Origin: Roseateles sp.
GTDB lineage: Bacteria > Pseudomonadota > Gammaproteobacteria > Burkholderiales > Burkholderiaceae_C
DNA length: 64,000 nt
Assembly: GCF_044373315.1 (NCBI RefSeq)
Contig: NZ_JBILQK010000001.1
Location: 39,639 to 103,638, forward strand
Direction of reading: 5' to 3'
Part shown: positions 18,049 to 30,306 of the stretch, one piece after another
Layout: every line of letters starts with the position of its first letter
Numbering within the stretch: position 1 is the stretch's first letter
Notes under the pieces: generated by a model
The model's input: only the letters and a program-made list of their open reading frames with translations
What the model was told of the DNA's origin: nothing
The model's database searches: none
Made by a program: the position numbers and the translations under genes

Positions 18049-19352
18049 TCTTTCTCTCCTTCGACAGCCAGTCTCGTGACCAGCACCTTGTCCACACGCT
18101 TGCCATCCAGGTCAACAACCTCGAAACGCCAAGCATCCCATTCCACCGCGTCCGTCGTGCGCGGCAGTCGACCCAGCAGCAGCATGATCATGCCGGCCAG
18201 GGTGTTGTAGCGCCCGCGATCTTCCTCGGGCAGCTCCTTCAATTCCAGGCGGTCCTTGAACTCCGGTACCGGAATCAAGCCATCCATGAGCCAGCTGCCA
18301 TCCTCGCGCTGCACGGCCCAGGCGTCGCCATCACTGGGCGCAGAGAACTCGCCGGCGATGGCTTCGAGCACATCACGCACGGAGATCACGCCCTGCACTT
18401 CGCCATACTCGTCAACGACAAAGACCAGCTGCGCATCTGACGCGCGGAAGTGATCCAGCAACTCCATGCCCGAGAGCGTTTCGGGCACGAAAATCGGCGC
18501 TTCCAGGTCTTCACCCAGGCTCAGGGCCTGGCCCGACAGCGCGCGCTGCAACAGGGTCTGCGCAGAGACGACGCCGACCACTTCAGTGAGACCGCCGCGA
18601 CAGACCGGATAGCGGCTGTAGCCATGCGCACGCAGCATCTCCAGCACGGCCGAGGCTTCGTCTTCGATGTCCAACCAGGCGATTTCCGCGCGCGGGATCA
18701 TCATCGAGCCGACCTGGCGCTCATCGAGCCGGAACACATTGCGCACCATCTGGTGCTCCTGCTCCTCGATCACACCCGCATCCAGGCCCTCTTCCAGGCT
18801 GGCGGCGATCTCTTCTTCCGTCACGCCGCGCTGCACCTTGCCGCGCTGCCCCATCAGTCCCAGCGTGGCCTCGGTGGCGAAGGTCAGCAGCTTGACCAGT
18901 GGCCGCGCCACCATCGACAGGACTTCCATCGGCGGCGCGACCAGGCGTGCCACCGTCTCAGGGTAGATCTGCCCCAGGCGCTTGGGCACCAGTTCGCCAA
19001 AGATGATGGTGGCGATGGTCAGCAGCACCACAACCAAGCCAGTGGCCGACACCTGCGCCACAGATTCCGTCAGGCCCAGGCTCAACAGCCATTGCGCCAG
19101 CGGGCCGGAGAAGGCCGCCTCACCGACGATACCGTTAAGGACGCCAATCGACGTGATGCCGATCTGCACCACCGAGAGGAACTTGGTCGGGTTCTCGTGC
19201 AGATCCATGGCCGCCTGCGCGCCGGATTCCTGAGCCTCCAGCATGACCTGCAAGCGCGCCTTGCGGCTGGCCGTCAGCGCCATCTCGGACATGGCAAAAA
19301 TGCCGTTGAGCAGGATCAGAAAGAGTACTAGCGCCGTGTCCATTGAGAGCAC
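18045..19352 (-). CDS. HlyC/CorC (CNNM/TlyC) family transporter with CBS pair and CorC_HlyC domain
   Basis: N-terminal DUF21 membrane domain (LLNGIFAMSEMAL), a CBS pair, and a C-terminal transporter-associated domain (DGSWLMDGLIPVPEF...LAGMIMLLLGRLP). The start could instead be 19343. Confidence 0.85.
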   Translation of the reverse strand: MLSMDTALVLFLILLNGIFAMSEMALTASRKARLQVMLEAQESGAQAAMDLHENPTKFLSVVQIGITSIGVLNGIVGEAAFSGPLAQWLLSLGLTESVAQVSATGLVVVLLTIATIIFGELVPKRLGQIYPETVARLVAPPMEVLSMVARPLVKLLTFATEATLGLMGQRGKVQRGVTEEEIAASLEEGLDAGVIEEQEHQMVRNVFRLDERQVGSMMIPRAEIAWLDIEDEASAVLEMLRAHGYSRYPVCRGGLTEVVGVVSAQTLLQRALSGQALSLGEDLEAPIFVPETLSGMELLDHFRASDAQLVFVVDEYGEVQGVISVRDVLEAIAGEFSAPSDGDAWAVQREDGSWLMDGLIPVPEFKDRLELKELPEEDRGRYNTLAGMIMLLLGRLPRTTDAVEWDAWRFEVVDLDGKRVDKVLVTRLAVEGEKE

Positions 19353-19450
19353 GCCAGCGCCGAGCTTCTAGCCGGCGGGCGCGCACGTTATTCGCGAAGG
19401 CCGCAAGGGTAGCAGATGGGAATGACCCGGCCGCACCGCACAATCCCGGT

Positions 19451-20275
19451 ATGAACTACCTGATTGGCGACGTCCAGGGCTGCTGCGACGCGCTGGAACG
19501 GCTGCTGGCCGAAATCGACTTTTCCCCCTCGCGCGACCAGCTCTACCTGCTGGGCGACCTGGTCAATCGCGGCCCGGCTTCGCTAGCCACGCTGCGCCGC
19601 CTGCAGGGCATGGAGGGCGCCGCCACCTGCCTGCTGGGCAACCACGACCTGCATCTGCTCGCGGTCGCCGCCAAGACCAGGAAGCCGCACCGCAGCGACA
19701 CCTTGCACGATATCCTCGAAGCACCCGATCGCGAAGCCCTGCTGGCCTGGCTGCGCCAGCAACGCCTGGCCGTCCACGCCCATGGCTGGCTGATGGTGCA
19801 TGCCGGCGTAGTGCCGCAATGGGATTTGGCCCAGACCTTGAGCCTGGCGGCCGAAGTGGAAGCGCTGTTGCGCAGCCCGGCGCTGGGCGAGTTCCTGCCG
19901 CAGATGTATGGCAACGAGCCGGCGCAGTGGCGGGACGATCTGCAGGGCGCGCCCCGGTTGCGCTTCATCATCAATGTGCTGACGCGCTTGCGCTTTTGCG
20001 ATGCGCAGGGCCAGATGGACTTCCACACCAAGGACGGCGCAGCCGGCGCGCCAGCGGGCTTCTTGCCCTGGTTCGAGGTGCCCGGTCGGCGCAGCGCCAG
20101 CACCCCGATCGCCTTCGGCCACTGGTCCACGCTGGGCCTGATCAACCGCCCTGACCTGCTGGCCTTGGACACCGGCTGCATCTGGGGCGGACAACTCAGC
20201 GCCATGCGCGTCGATGGCCAGCGCCGCGAACTGATCCAGGTGCAGTGCGCACAAGCGCAAGCACCTGGTGCCTGA
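19451..20275 (+). CDS. apaH: Symmetrical bis(5'-nucleosyl)-tetraphosphatase
   Basis: MNYLIGDVQGC, GDLVNRG and GNHD metallophosphatase motifs. The start is at ATG 19451; the longer ORF from 19343 overlaps the divergent gene. Confidence 0.9.
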   Translation: MNYLIGDVQGCCDALERLLAEIDFSPSRDQLYLLGDLVNRGPASLATLRRLQGMEGAATCLLGNHDLHLLAVAAKTRKPHRSDTLHDILEAPDREALLAWLRQQRLAVHAHGWLMVHAGVVPQWDLAQTLSLAAEVEALLRSPALGEFLPQMYGNEPAQWRDDLQGAPRLRFIINVLTRLRFCDAQGQMDFHTKDGAAGAPAGFLPWFEVPGRRSASTPIAFGHWSTLGLINRPDLLALDTGCIWGGQLSAMRVDGQRRELIQVQCAQAQAPGA

Positions 20276-20311
20276 GCCTCGCGCCACAGGCTAGAATAGC
20301 CCCCTTCAAGA

Positions 20312-20401
20312 GGAAGCGTGGCCGAGCGGTTTAAGGCACCGGTCTTGAAAACCGGCGAGGGTTTGCGCCCTCCGTGAGTTCGAATCTCACCGCTTCCGCC
20401 A
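20312..20401 (+). tRNA. tRNA-Ser (anticodon UGA)
   Basis: Cloverleaf read by eye: acceptor GGAAGCG/CGCTTCC, anticodon stem CCGGT/ACCGG with loop CTTGAAA, long variable arm GAGGG-tttgcg-CCCTC, T arm GTGAG-TTCGAAT-CTCAC, discriminator G, and an encoded CCA. Confidence 0.97.
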
Positions 20402-20458
20402 TTTCTGCGCACCGAGCACGGCGCGCCGAGCGGTCGCCGCAACCCAGGCCGGCGCCAC

Positions 20459-21175
20459 TCACACCTCCAGCCACTCCTTGCGGATATAGCTGTTGCCCCG
20501 CAGATCGTCGGGCGAGCCTTCGAAGACGATGCGGCCATGGCCCATTACATAGCAGCGCTCGGAGATCTCCATCGCGATCGCCAGCTTCTGCTCTACCAGC
20601 AGCACCGCGATGCCGCGGCGCTTCAGCTCCTTCAGATACTCGGCCACCTGCTCGACAATCTTGGGCGCCAGGCCTTCGGTGGGCTCGTCGATCATGATCA
20701 GATCGGGGTCGCCCATCAGCGTGCGGCACAGCGTCAGCATCTGCTGCTCGCCGCCCGACAACACGCCGGCCTCGGTGTGCTGGCGCTCCTTCAGACGCGG
20801 GAACAGCTGGTACATGTCGTCGAAGCCCCAGCGCGCGTTCTTGGCGCCGCTCTTCTGACCCAGCAGCAGGTTCTGGTGCACGGTCAACTTGGGGAAGATG
20901 TCGCGGTTTTCCGGCACATAACCGATGCCTTCGTGGGCAATCTCGTAGGCCTTGCGGCCCAGCATCTCGCGCTCGCCAAACTTGATCGAGCCGCTGCCGT
21001 CGACATTACCCATGATGGTCTTGACCGTCGTCGAGCGGCCCGAGCCGTTGCGGCCCAAGAGGCTGACGATTTCGCCCGGCCGCACCTCCATGCTGACGCC
21101 ATGCAGCACATGGCTCTTGCCGTAGAAGGCGTGGACGTTGTCCAGCTTCAGAAGTCGTCCCTTGCCCGCGCTCAT
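20459..21175 (-). CDS. livF: Branched-chain amino acid-type ABC transporter ATP-binding protein (LivF family)
   Basis: Walker A GRNGSGRST, signature LSGGEQQML, Walker B LIMIDEP. Overlaps livG by 4 nt. Confidence 0.9.
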   Translation of the reverse strand: MSAGKGRLLKLDNVHAFYGKSHVLHGVSMEVRPGEIVSLLGRNGSGRSTTVKTIMGNVDGSGSIKFGEREMLGRKAYEIAHEGIGYVPENRDIFPKLTVHQNLLLGQKSGAKNARWGFDDMYQLFPRLKERQHTEAGVLSGGEQQMLTLCRTLMGDPDLIMIDEPTEGLAPKIVEQVAEYLKELKRRGIAVLLVEQKLAIAMEISERCYVMGHGRIVFEGSPDDLRGNSYIRKEWLEV

Positions 21176-21972
21176 GCCGCCACCCCTCCGGCCGCGCCGG
21201 CCGCCTGCGCTTCGGCCAACACCGAGCCGAGGTAAGCCTCCTGCACACGCGCATTGGCGCGCACCGCATCCGGCGTGTCGTAGGCGATCACTTCGCCATA
21301 GACCAGCACCGCAATCTTGTCGGCCAGGCCGAACACCACGCCCATGTCATGCTCCACCGTCAACAGCGTCTTGCCCTGCGTGACCTCGCGGATCAGCTGG
21401 ATGAAGCGCTTGGTTTCACTCTTGCTCATGCCGGCGGTCGGTTCGTCCAGCAGGATCACGTTGGAGCCACCGGCGATGGTGATGCCGATCTCCAGCGCCC
21501 GCGCCTCGGCGTAAGTCAGGTTGGTGGCCAGCACATCGCGCCGCTTGTCGAGCTTGATCATCTCCAGCACCTCTTCGGCGCGGTCATTGGCGTCGTCCAG
21601 ATCAGCCAGGAACTTCCAGAAGGCGTAGCGATAGCCCATGCTCCACAGCACCGCACAACGGATGTTCTCGAACACCGACAAGCGCGTGAACAGATTGGAG
21701 ACCTGGAAGCTGCGCGACAGCCCGCGGCGATTGATCTCGTAGGGCTTGAGCCCGTCGATGCGCTCACCATTCAGCTTGATTTCGCCGCTGCTGGGTGCAA
21801 AGCGGCCGCTGATCAAATTGAACAAAGTGCTCTTGCCCGCGCCGTTCGGGCCGATGATGGCCACGCGCTCGCCGGGCCGAACCTGCAGCTGCGCGCCACG
21901 GATGATCTCGCTCTTGCCGAAGCGCTTGTGCACACCCAGCAGTTCGAGCGCAAATTCGGAACTGCCGCTCAT
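21172..21972 (-). CDS. livG: Branched-chain amino acid-type ABC transporter ATP-binding protein (LivG family)
   Basis: Walker A GPNGAGKST, the LTYAEARALEIG LivG-type signature, and ILLDEPTAGM. ATG 21972 forms an ATGA overlap with the livM stop. Confidence 0.9.
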   Translation of the reverse strand: MSGSSEFALELLGVHKRFGKSEIIRGAQLQVRPGERVAIIGPNGAGKSTLFNLISGRFAPSSGEIKLNGERIDGLKPYEINRRGLSRSFQVSNLFTRLSVFENIRCAVLWSMGYRYAFWKFLADLDDANDRAEEVLEMIKLDKRRDVLATNLTYAEARALEIGITIAGGSNVILLDEPTAGMSKSETKRFIQLIREVTQGKTLLTVEHDMGVVFGLADKIAVLVYGEVIAYDTPDAVRANARVQEAYLGSVLAEAQAAGAAGGVAA

Positions 21973-23279
21973 CACAGCGCCTCCCTGCGTTTGATTTCTT
22001 TCTCGATCTCTTCCTGGATCTGGTCCCACTCGCGCTTGAACTGGCGACGGGCCAATTCAAACAAGCCCAGACCCAGCAGCAACAGCATCGTGGAACCCAG
22101 CCAGGCATCGACGCCTGCACTGTTCAGCGTCACGCCGGCAAAGCGCAGCACCGGACCCAGGGCTTCGTTGAGCTGGTGGTGGTAGAGCATCTCGATCATG
22201 GCCGCAGCACCCATCAGCATCGCCAGCGCCGTGCCGGCCAGCGCCAGATAGGAGGTCCACAGCCGGCCCAGCTTGCCATAGGCAGCCACGCGCAGATTCA
22301 TCATGATCAGGCTGGCGATACCGCCCGGCGCATACATCACCATGAACAGGAAGATCAGCCCCAGATAGAGCAGCCAGGCCTGCGTCAGCTCGGACAGCAG
22401 AACGCCGGCCAGCACCATCAGCACCGCGCCGATGATGGGCCCGAAGAAGAAGGTGGCGCCGCCCAGGAAGGTGAACAGCAGATAGCCCCCCGAGCGCAGA
22501 GCGCCCACCACCTCGGCGGTGACGATCTCGAAGTTCAGCGCCCCCAGGCCGCCCGCCACACCGGCGAAGAAGCCCGAGATCATGAAGGCCAGGAAGCGCA
22601 CCCACTGCGTGTTGTAGCCGACGAACTCGACGCGTTCGGGGTTGTCGCGCACCGCATTAAGCATGCGGCCCAGCGGCGTACGCGTCAGCGCAAACAGCAG
22701 CGCGGTGCTGATGAAGCAGTAGAGCGCGATCAGGTAGTAGACCTGGATCTGCGGGCCGAAGGTGATGCCCATCACCGGCTGGCCAACCACCCGGTTGCCC
22801 GAGATGCCGCCCTCGCCGCCGAAGAACTCGGGCAGCATCAAGGACATCGACCAGATCAGCTCGCCCAGGCCCAGCGTGATCATCGCGAAGGGCGTGCCCG
22901 ACTTCTTCGTCGAGACCCAGCCGAACAGCAGGGCAAATGCCAGGCCTGCCAGGCCGCCCACCAGCGGGATCAGGCTCACCGGCACGGCCAGCGCACCGTT
23001 CGACACCTGGTTCAGCGTGTGGATGGCAAGGAAGGACCCCAGGCCACTGTAGACCGCATGGCCGAAGCTGAGCATGCCGCCCTGCCCCAGCAGCACGTTG
23101 TAGGCCAGGCAGGCAATGATGCCGATGCCGATTTGGCTGAGCATCGTGTGCGAGAGGCTGCTGGTCCACAGGAGCGGCGCCACGATCAGGGCCGCCGCAT
23201 ACAGGCCCCAGATCAGCCAGCGGCCGACGTTGTAGGGTTTGAAGTGATAGTGAGCGTGTGTCGCGCGAGTGAGAGACAT
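21972..23279 (-). CDS. livM: Branched-chain amino acid-type ABC transporter permease (LivM family)
   Basis: 435-aa polytopic permease lying between the LivH-like and LivG-like genes. The C-terminal extension is charged. Confidence 0.85.
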   Translation of the reverse strand: MSLTRATHAHYHFKPYNVGRWLIWGLYAAALIVAPLLWTSSLSHTMLSQIGIGIIACLAYNVLLGQGGMLSFGHAVYSGLGSFLAIHTLNQVSNGALAVPVSLIPLVGGLAGLAFALLFGWVSTKKSGTPFAMITLGLGELIWSMSLMLPEFFGGEGGISGNRVVGQPVMGITFGPQIQVYYLIALYCFISTALLFALTRTPLGRMLNAVRDNPERVEFVGYNTQWVRFLAFMISGFFAGVAGGLGALNFEIVTAEVVGALRSGGYLLFTFLGGATFFFGPIIGAVLMVLAGVLLSELTQAWLLYLGLIFLFMVMYAPGGIASLIMMNLRVAAYGKLGRLWTSYLALAGTALAMLMGAAAMIEMLYHHQLNEALGPVLRFAGVTLNSAGVDAWLGSTMLLLLGLGLFELARRQFKREWDQIQEEIEKEIKRREAL

Positions 23280-23282
23280 GGC

Positions 23283-24302
23283 TTATTCCTCGCGCGTGCC
23301 GAGCAGGCCCTTGGGCCGGAAGATCAGGATCAGAACCATCAGCAGATAAGGCAAGATTGGCGCCACCTGGGCGAGCGTGAGCTTCAGGAAGGGGTAACCG
23401 ATGGTCTCGGGGCCGATCTGTGCGCCCCAGCTGTTGAACAGCGTGGCCAGAGAGCCGTCCACGGTCAGAGGCAGGGTCTGCAGCAGGCCGATCAGGATGG
23501 AGCCGACGAAGGCTCCCGCCAGCGAGCCGACACCGCCGACCACCACCACCACGAAGATGATGGAGCCGACGATCACCGCCATCGAGGGCTCGGTTACGAA
23601 GGTGATGCCGCCGATCACGCCGGCCAGCGCGGCGAGTGCGCAGCCACTGCCGAACACCAGCATGAACACGCGCGGCACGTTGTGGCCCAGCGACTCGACC
23701 ATCTCCGGATGCGTCAACGCCGCCTGGATCACCAGGCCGATGCGGGTGCGCGTCAGCAGCAGCCACAACGCCAGCAGCATCAGCAGCGCCACGCCCATCA
23801 TGAACGCGCGCGTCATCGGAAACTTGGAACAGATCACACCCGCCGTGCACAGGCCGGCAGGCGCTTCACCCAGCAGCAGCGACAGCCCCTGCAGCGGGTG
23901 CTGGATGATGGTGAACGCCGGGCCCTGCAGGCTGGGTGGCGGAGGGAAAGCAAGCGCCGTGCGGCCCCAGATCAGCTGCACCAGCTCCAGGATCACATAG
24001 GACAGGCCGAAGGTGATCAGCAGCTCAGGCACATGGCCGAACTTGTGCACCTTGCGCAAGGCGCCGCGCTCGAACAATGCACCCAGCAGCCCCACCAGCA
24101 CCGGCGCCACGATCAAGGCGGGCCAGAAGCCGATGAACTTCACCAGCGTGAAGGCGAAGTAGGCACCCAGCATGTAGAAGCTGGCGTGGGCGAAGTTCAG
24201 CACACCCATCATGCTGAAGATCAGCGTCAGGCCCGAGCTGAGCATGAACAGCAGCAGTCCGGAGGACAGGCCGTTCAGAAGGTTGATCAGGAGTTGGTCC
24301 AC
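23283..24302 (-). CDS. livH: Branched-chain amino acid-type ABC transporter permease (LivH family)
   Basis: The N-terminus MDQLLINLLNGLSSGLLLFMLSSGLTLIFSMMGVLNFAHASFYMLGAY is typical of LivH. Confidence 0.88.
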   Translation of the reverse strand: MDQLLINLLNGLSSGLLLFMLSSGLTLIFSMMGVLNFAHASFYMLGAYFAFTLVKFIGFWPALIVAPVLVGLLGALFERGALRKVHKFGHVPELLITFGLSYVILELVQLIWGRTALAFPPPPSLQGPAFTIIQHPLQGLSLLLGEAPAGLCTAGVICSKFPMTRAFMMGVALLMLLALWLLLTRTRIGLVIQAALTHPEMVESLGHNVPRVFMLVFGSGCALAALAGVIGGITFVTEPSMAVIVGSIIFVVVVVGGVGSLAGAFVGSILIGLLQTLPLTVDGSLATLFNSWGAQIGPETIGYPFLKLTLAQVAPILPYLLMVLILIFRPKGLLGTREE

Positions 24303-24473
24303 GGCGATTGGGGTTCAGGCGCAGCAGGACGCGGCGCGGAGGAAGAACTGCGCGGATTTTTCGGGAGGGCTGCCGTCGTGAGCGGGTTGGGCTTGCGGCG
24401 CGCAGCCGTACACAGGTACGGTGAGCACCGCAAGCTCAGAATCGGCCCGCGCAGTAGGCAGACACCCGAAAAA

Positions 24474-25709
24474 TCAGGGGCGCTTCATTTGGCAGGAGGT
24501 CGGCGTGCTCGACACATACGGCTCGAAGGTCCGCACAGGCACGAAGGTCATGCCGGTCTTCTCAGCGCTGTAGCTGTTCTTCGCATCGGTCTTCTGCCAC
24601 ACCGACAGATACAGCGTCTGCTGCAGTTGGTGGTCGGTCTTGCGCATCTCGACTTCACCGTTGAAGCTCTTGGTCTTCAGACCTTCCAGCGCCGCCGCCA
24701 CCTTCACCGGATCAGTGCTCTTGGCCTTGGCCATCGCCTCGGACAGCGTGGTGTAGATGTGGATCACGCTGCCGGTGTAGAAGTCGGCATCGAACTTCTG
24801 CTGGAACTCGTTCTGCCATTTCTGCATCTGACCACCCATGTTGTAGTGGTTGTACGAGATCTGGTAGACGCGGCCGGCAGAGCCGGTGCCCAAGGCGGTC
24901 GGGGTGCCCGTGACGCCGGCGTAGTAGGTGAAGAACTTGGCATTCAGGCCAGCCTCGTTGGCCGACTTGATCAGCAGCGCCAGGTCAGAGCCCCAGTTGC
25001 CGGTGATCACGGTGTCGGCGCCGCTGGCCTTGATCTTGGCGATATAGGGCGCGAAGTCACGCACCTGGGCCAGCGGGTGCAGGTCTTCGCCGACGATCTG
25101 GATGTCCGGGCGCTTGCGCGTCAGGTTTTCCTTGGCGTACTTCGCCACCTGATGGCCGTGCGCGTAGTTCTGGTTCAGCAGGAAGACCTTCTTGATGTCC
25201 GGCTGGTCCTTCATGAAGGTGGTCATCGCCTCCATCTTCATCGAGGTGTCGGCATCAAAGCGGAAGTGCCAGTAGCTGCACTTGCTGTTGGTCAGATCGG
25301 GGTCCACGGCCGAGTGGTTCAGGTAGACCACTTCCTTGCCGGGATTGCGCTCGTTGTGCTTGTTGACCGCGTCGATGATGGCCATCGCCGCACCGGAGCC
25401 ATTGCCCTGGGTGACGTAGCGCACGCCCTGGTCAATGGCCGACTTCAGTGCGTTGAGCGACTCGGCCGGGCTGAGCTTGTTGTCGATCGGAATGATCTCG
25501 AACTTCACGCCCGCCGGGTTGGATGCATTGAACTTCTCGGCGAAGAACTGGAAGCTTTTGACCTGGTTCTGGCCGACCGGCGCCATCAGGCCGGACAGCG
25601 GGTCGATCCAGGCGATCTTGACCGTCTCGCCCTTCTGGGCATAGGCGGCACCGGTGCCCAGGGTGAGGGCTGCGGCGATGGCGATCAGGGTGTGGCGCTT
25701 GCTGTACAT
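24474..25709 (-). CDS. ABC transporter periplasmic substrate-binding protein (LivK/cluster-B type, ligand unknown)
   Basis: Signal peptide [17 protein letters not shown] and a type-I PBP pattern ([11 protein letters not shown]). A strong AAGGAGA RBS precedes the ATG. Confidence 0.85.
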   Translation of the reverse strand: MYSKRHTLIAIAAALTLGTGAAYAQKGETVKIAWIDPLSGLMAPVGQNQVKSFQFFAEKFNASNPAGVKFEIIPIDNKLSPAESLNALKSAIDQGVRYVTQGNGSGAAMAIIDAVNKHNERNPGKEVVYLNHSAVDPDLTNSKCSYWHFRFDADTSMKMEAMTTFMKDQPDIKKVFLLNQNYAHGHQVAKYAKENLTRKRPDIQIVGEDLHPLAQVRDFAPYIAKIKASGADTVITGNWGSDLALLIKSANEAGLNAKFFTYYAGVTGTPTALGTGSAGRVYQISYNHYNMGGQMQKWQNEFQQKFDADFYTGSVIHIYTTLSEAMAKAKSTDPVKVAAALEGLKTKSFNGEVEMRKTDHQLQQTLYLSVWQKTDAKNSYSAEKTGMTFVPVRTFEPYVSSTPTSCQMKRP

Positions 25710-25775
25710 CGTTGTCTCCTTGGGTTGTGTAAGGCGTGTAGTAAGCGGGTCAAAGAAACCGGCGGACTGGAGTCG

Positions 25776-25798
25776 GCCGGCGCTGGGTGGGCGCCGGC
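25776..25798 (-). terminator. GC-rich hairpin downstream of the acyl-CoA ligase gene (possible terminator/attenuator)
   Basis: GCCGGCGC-tgggtgg-GCGCCGGC, an 8-bp stem lying 11 nt after the stop. There is no clean U run. Confidence 0.3.
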
Positions 25799-25808
25799 AG
25801 CTCCGGTC

Positions 25809-27452
<1,644 letters not shown>

Positions 27453-27679
27453 CAGCTGTCTCCTGGTTTGTATGTCCAGCGAAGGACTTGTTGCAAACCA
27501 GTTTAATCCTCGGATCCGTCCCGCCAGAGTCACCCGAGTTACACAAGCGCGACACGGGCCCTAGGGGTATTCACTTGCCCCTAACGCACTGGATCGCAGC
27601 CGAGCGCTACAGCCACGGCGGATGCCCGGAGAAACCCCAACACCAAGCCGGCCAGCGGGCCCTGACTACACTGCCGCCG

Positions 27680-29176
27680 ATGAACGCGCCCCTGCCCCTG
27701 CTGAAGCAGGCACCCCGACCTGACGTCGCGTGGCTCAACCGCTTTGCCGCGCTGGGTTCGACCTTCCACACCGAACTGCCGCCCATCGGCCTGCCCGATC
27801 CGCATTGGGTGGCACACAGCGCTGACTGTGCACAGCTGCTGGGCTGGCCCTCCGACTGGTGGCAGCAGGACGGCGCGCTGGCCGTGCTGGCTGGCAACGC
27901 CTTGTGGCCCGGCATGCGCCCTGTCGCCACCGTCTACAGTGGCCACCAGTTCGGCGCCTGGGCCGGCCAGCTGGGCGACGGCCGCGCACACCTTCTCGGT
28001 GAGTTGCAGACGGCGGACGGGCGCAGCTTCGAGCTGCAACTCAAAGGTGCCGGACTGACGCCCTACTCCCGCATGGGGGATGGCCGCGCGGTGCTACGCT
28101 CCTCGATCCGCGAATTCCTGTGCTCAGAAGCGATGGCCTCGCTGGGCATCCCGACCACGCGCGCGCTGGCGATCACCGGCTCGGCGCTGCCAGTGCGCCG
28201 CGAGACGATTGAAAGCGCGGCTGTGGTCGCACGCACGGCGCCCAGCTTCATTCGCTTCGGCCACTTCGAGCACTTCGCGCACAGCGACCAGCACCAGGCG
28301 CTGCGCGAGTTGGCCGACTTCTTCATGCAGACGCACGCGCCCGAGTGCCTGGATGCGCCGCAGCCGGTAGTCGCGCTACTTGAGCGCGTAGGCCGTCAAA
28401 CCGCCGAGCTGATGGCGCAGTGGCAGGCGGTGGGCTTCTGCCACGGCGTGATGAACACCGACAACATGTCCATGCTGGGGCTGACGCTGGACTACGGGCC
28501 TTTCGGCTTCCTGGACGGTTTCGACCCCGGCCACATCTGCAACCACACCGACCGCCAGGGCCGCTACGCCTATGCGCGCCAGCCCAATGTGGCCTTCTGG
28601 AACCTGCATGCGCTGGCCCAGGCCCTGCTCCCGCTAATCCCAGGTGAACGCGAAGCCGCCGGCGCGCAGCTGCTCGGCGCGCTGCAGGCCTATCGGCAGG
28701 TCTTCCCTGAGGCGCTGCTGGCGCGCATGCGGGCCAAGCTCGGGTTCAGCCTCGTCCAGGACGAAGACCGTGCCCTGGTCGACGACTGGCTGCGCCTACT
28801 GGCCGCGCATCGGGTGGACTACACCATCGCCAACCGGCGCCTGGCCCGCCATGCCTCGGACGCTGTCGCGCTGCGCGACCTGTTCCTCGACCGACCGGCC
28901 TTCGACGCCTGGTTCGAGCGTTACCAGGCCCGGCTCGCAGCCGAGCCGCTGCCGGCGCAAGAGCGCGAGGCGGCGATGCTGACCAGTAACCCGGCCGTGG
29001 TGTTGCGCAATCATCTGGCCGAGGGGGCTATACGCCAAGCCCAGGCTGGCGACTTCAGCGAAGTGCAGCGCCTGCTGGCCGTGCTGCAGCGTCCCTTCGA
29101 CGAACCGGCTCTGGCCTCGGACGCCGGCTTTCCGCCCGACTGGGCCCAACATCTGGAAGTGTCCTGTTCATCATGA
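27680..29176 (+). CDS. selO: Protein adenylyltransferase SelO (YdiU family)
   Basis: [40 protein letters not shown] and [26 protein letters not shown]. The start is at MNAPLPLL (ATG 27680). Confidence 0.9.
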   Translation: MNAPLPLLKQAPRPDVAWLNRFAALGSTFHTELPPIGLPDPHWVAHSADCAQLLGWPSDWWQQDGALAVLAGNALWPGMRPVATVYSGHQFGAWAGQLGDGRAHLLGELQTADGRSFELQLKGAGLTPYSRMGDGRAVLRSSIREFLCSEAMASLGIPTTRALAITGSALPVRRETIESAAVVARTAPSFIRFGHFEHFAHSDQHQALRELADFFMQTHAPECLDAPQPVVALLERVGRQTAELMAQWQAVGFCHGVMNTDNMSMLGLTLDYGPFGFLDGFDPGHICNHTDRQGRYAYARQPNVAFWNLHALAQALLPLIPGEREAAGAQLLGALQAYRQVFPEALLARMRAKLGFSLVQDEDRALVDDWLRLLAAHRVDYTIANRRLARHASDAVALRDLFLDRPAFDAWFERYQARLAAEPLPAQEREAAMLTSNPAVVLRNHLAEGAIRQAQAGDFSEVQRLLAVLQRPFDEPALASDAGFPPDWAQHLEVSCSS

Positions 29177-29592
29177 GCGACTCCACCCCTGACGACCGCG
29201 ACTATCCCGTCCAGAAGAGCGACGCCGAATGGCGCGCCCAGCTCGACCCGATGCAATACCAGGTGGCGCGCCACGCTGCCACCGAACGCGCCTTCACCGG
29301 CAAGTACTGGGACCACTGGGACCAAGGGCACTACAACTGCGTGGGCTGCGGCGCAGCGCTGTTTGAAGCACAGACCAAGTTCGACGCCGGCTGCGGCTGG
29401 CCCAGCTACTGGGCACCTGTGAACGCCGAAGTCGTCGAGCGCGTGGTGGACGAAAGCCATGGCATGGTGCGCGTCGAAGTGCGCTGCAACAACTGCGGCT
29501 CGCACCTGGGCCATGTCTTCCCCGATGGGCCGGAGCCAACTGGCGAGCGTTTTTGCATCAACTCGGCCGCGATAGACTTCGCGCCTGACTGA
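29173..29592 (+). CDS. msrB: Peptide-methionine (R)-S-oxide reductase
   Basis: Two CxxC pairs (CVGCG, CNNCG), GHVFPDGP, and the catalytic RFCINS. ATGA overlap with the selO stop. Confidence 0.93.
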   Translation: MSDSTPDDRDYPVQKSDAEWRAQLDPMQYQVARHAATERAFTGKYWDHWDQGHYNCVGCGAALFEAQTKFDAGCGWPSYWAPVNAEVVERVVDESHGMVRVEVRCNNCGSHLGHVFPDGPEPTGERFCINSAAIDFAPD

Positions 29593-29661
29593 GCCCCCTT
29601 TCCCCGCCTGAACCTGCTCGGGTTTGCGTGGCGCGGCGCAGCGCCACACCCCAGCCATCCC

Positions 29662-30306
29662 ATGAAAATTTTCCTGGACTTCCTGCCGCTGATCCTGTTC
29701 TTCGGCACCTTCAAGTTCGCCGAGTCCCGCCAGGAAGCCGCCGCCCAGTTCGCCACCCAGCACTTCGGTTTCCTGGTCGCCAGCGGGCATGTCAACGCCA
29801 CTGTCGCCCCAGTGCTGCTGGCCACGCTGGTGGTGATGGCTGCCACCTTGATCCAGGCCCTGGTGCTGAAGCTGCGCAGCCAGAAGATCGACCTGACGCT
29901 GTGGATCAGCCTGGCGCTGGTCGTGGTGCTGGGGGCCGCCACCGTGTGGTTCCAGAACGAGACCTTCATCAAGTGGAAGCCCAGCGGCCTGTACTGGGCC
30001 ATGGCGCTGGTGTTCTTCGTGAGCCCGCTGCTGTTCGGCAAGAACCTGCTGAAGTCCATGCTGGGCAAGGACCTGCAGCTACCGGATTTCGTCTGGCGCC
30101 GCCTGAACCTGGCCTGGGTGCTGTTCTTTGCCGCGATGGGCGTGCTTAACCTCTACGTGGCCTACAACTTCTCCACCTCCACCTGGGCCAACTTCAAGGT
30201 CTTCGGCGCCACCGGCCTGATGCTGCTGTTCACGCTGGGCCAGGGCCTCTACATGAGCCGCTTCCTCAGCGACGAGGACCCGAACAACAAGGACAAACAA
30301 CCATGA
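29662..30306 (+). CDS. yciB: Intracellular septation protein A (YciB/IspZ)
   Basis: MKIFLDFLPLILFFGTFKF N-terminus and a 5-TM profile. Confidence 0.85.
   Translation: MKIFLDFLPLILFFGTFKFAESRQEAAAQFATQHFGFLVASGHVNATVAPVLLATLVVMAATLIQALVLKLRSQKIDLTLWISLALVVVLGAATVWFQNETFIKWKPSGLYWAMALVFFVSPLLFGKNLLKSMLGKDLQLPDFVWRRLNLAWVLFFAAMGVLNLYVAYNFSTSTWANFKVFGATGLMLLFTLGQGLYMSRFLSDEDPNNKDKQP

Noticed and set aside
20276-20458. tRNA-Ser as a possible genomic-island integration site
   Set aside because: There is no integrase, no duplicated tRNA 3' end (direct repeat) seen downstream, and no compositional break. The adjacent Liv-type operon looks native.
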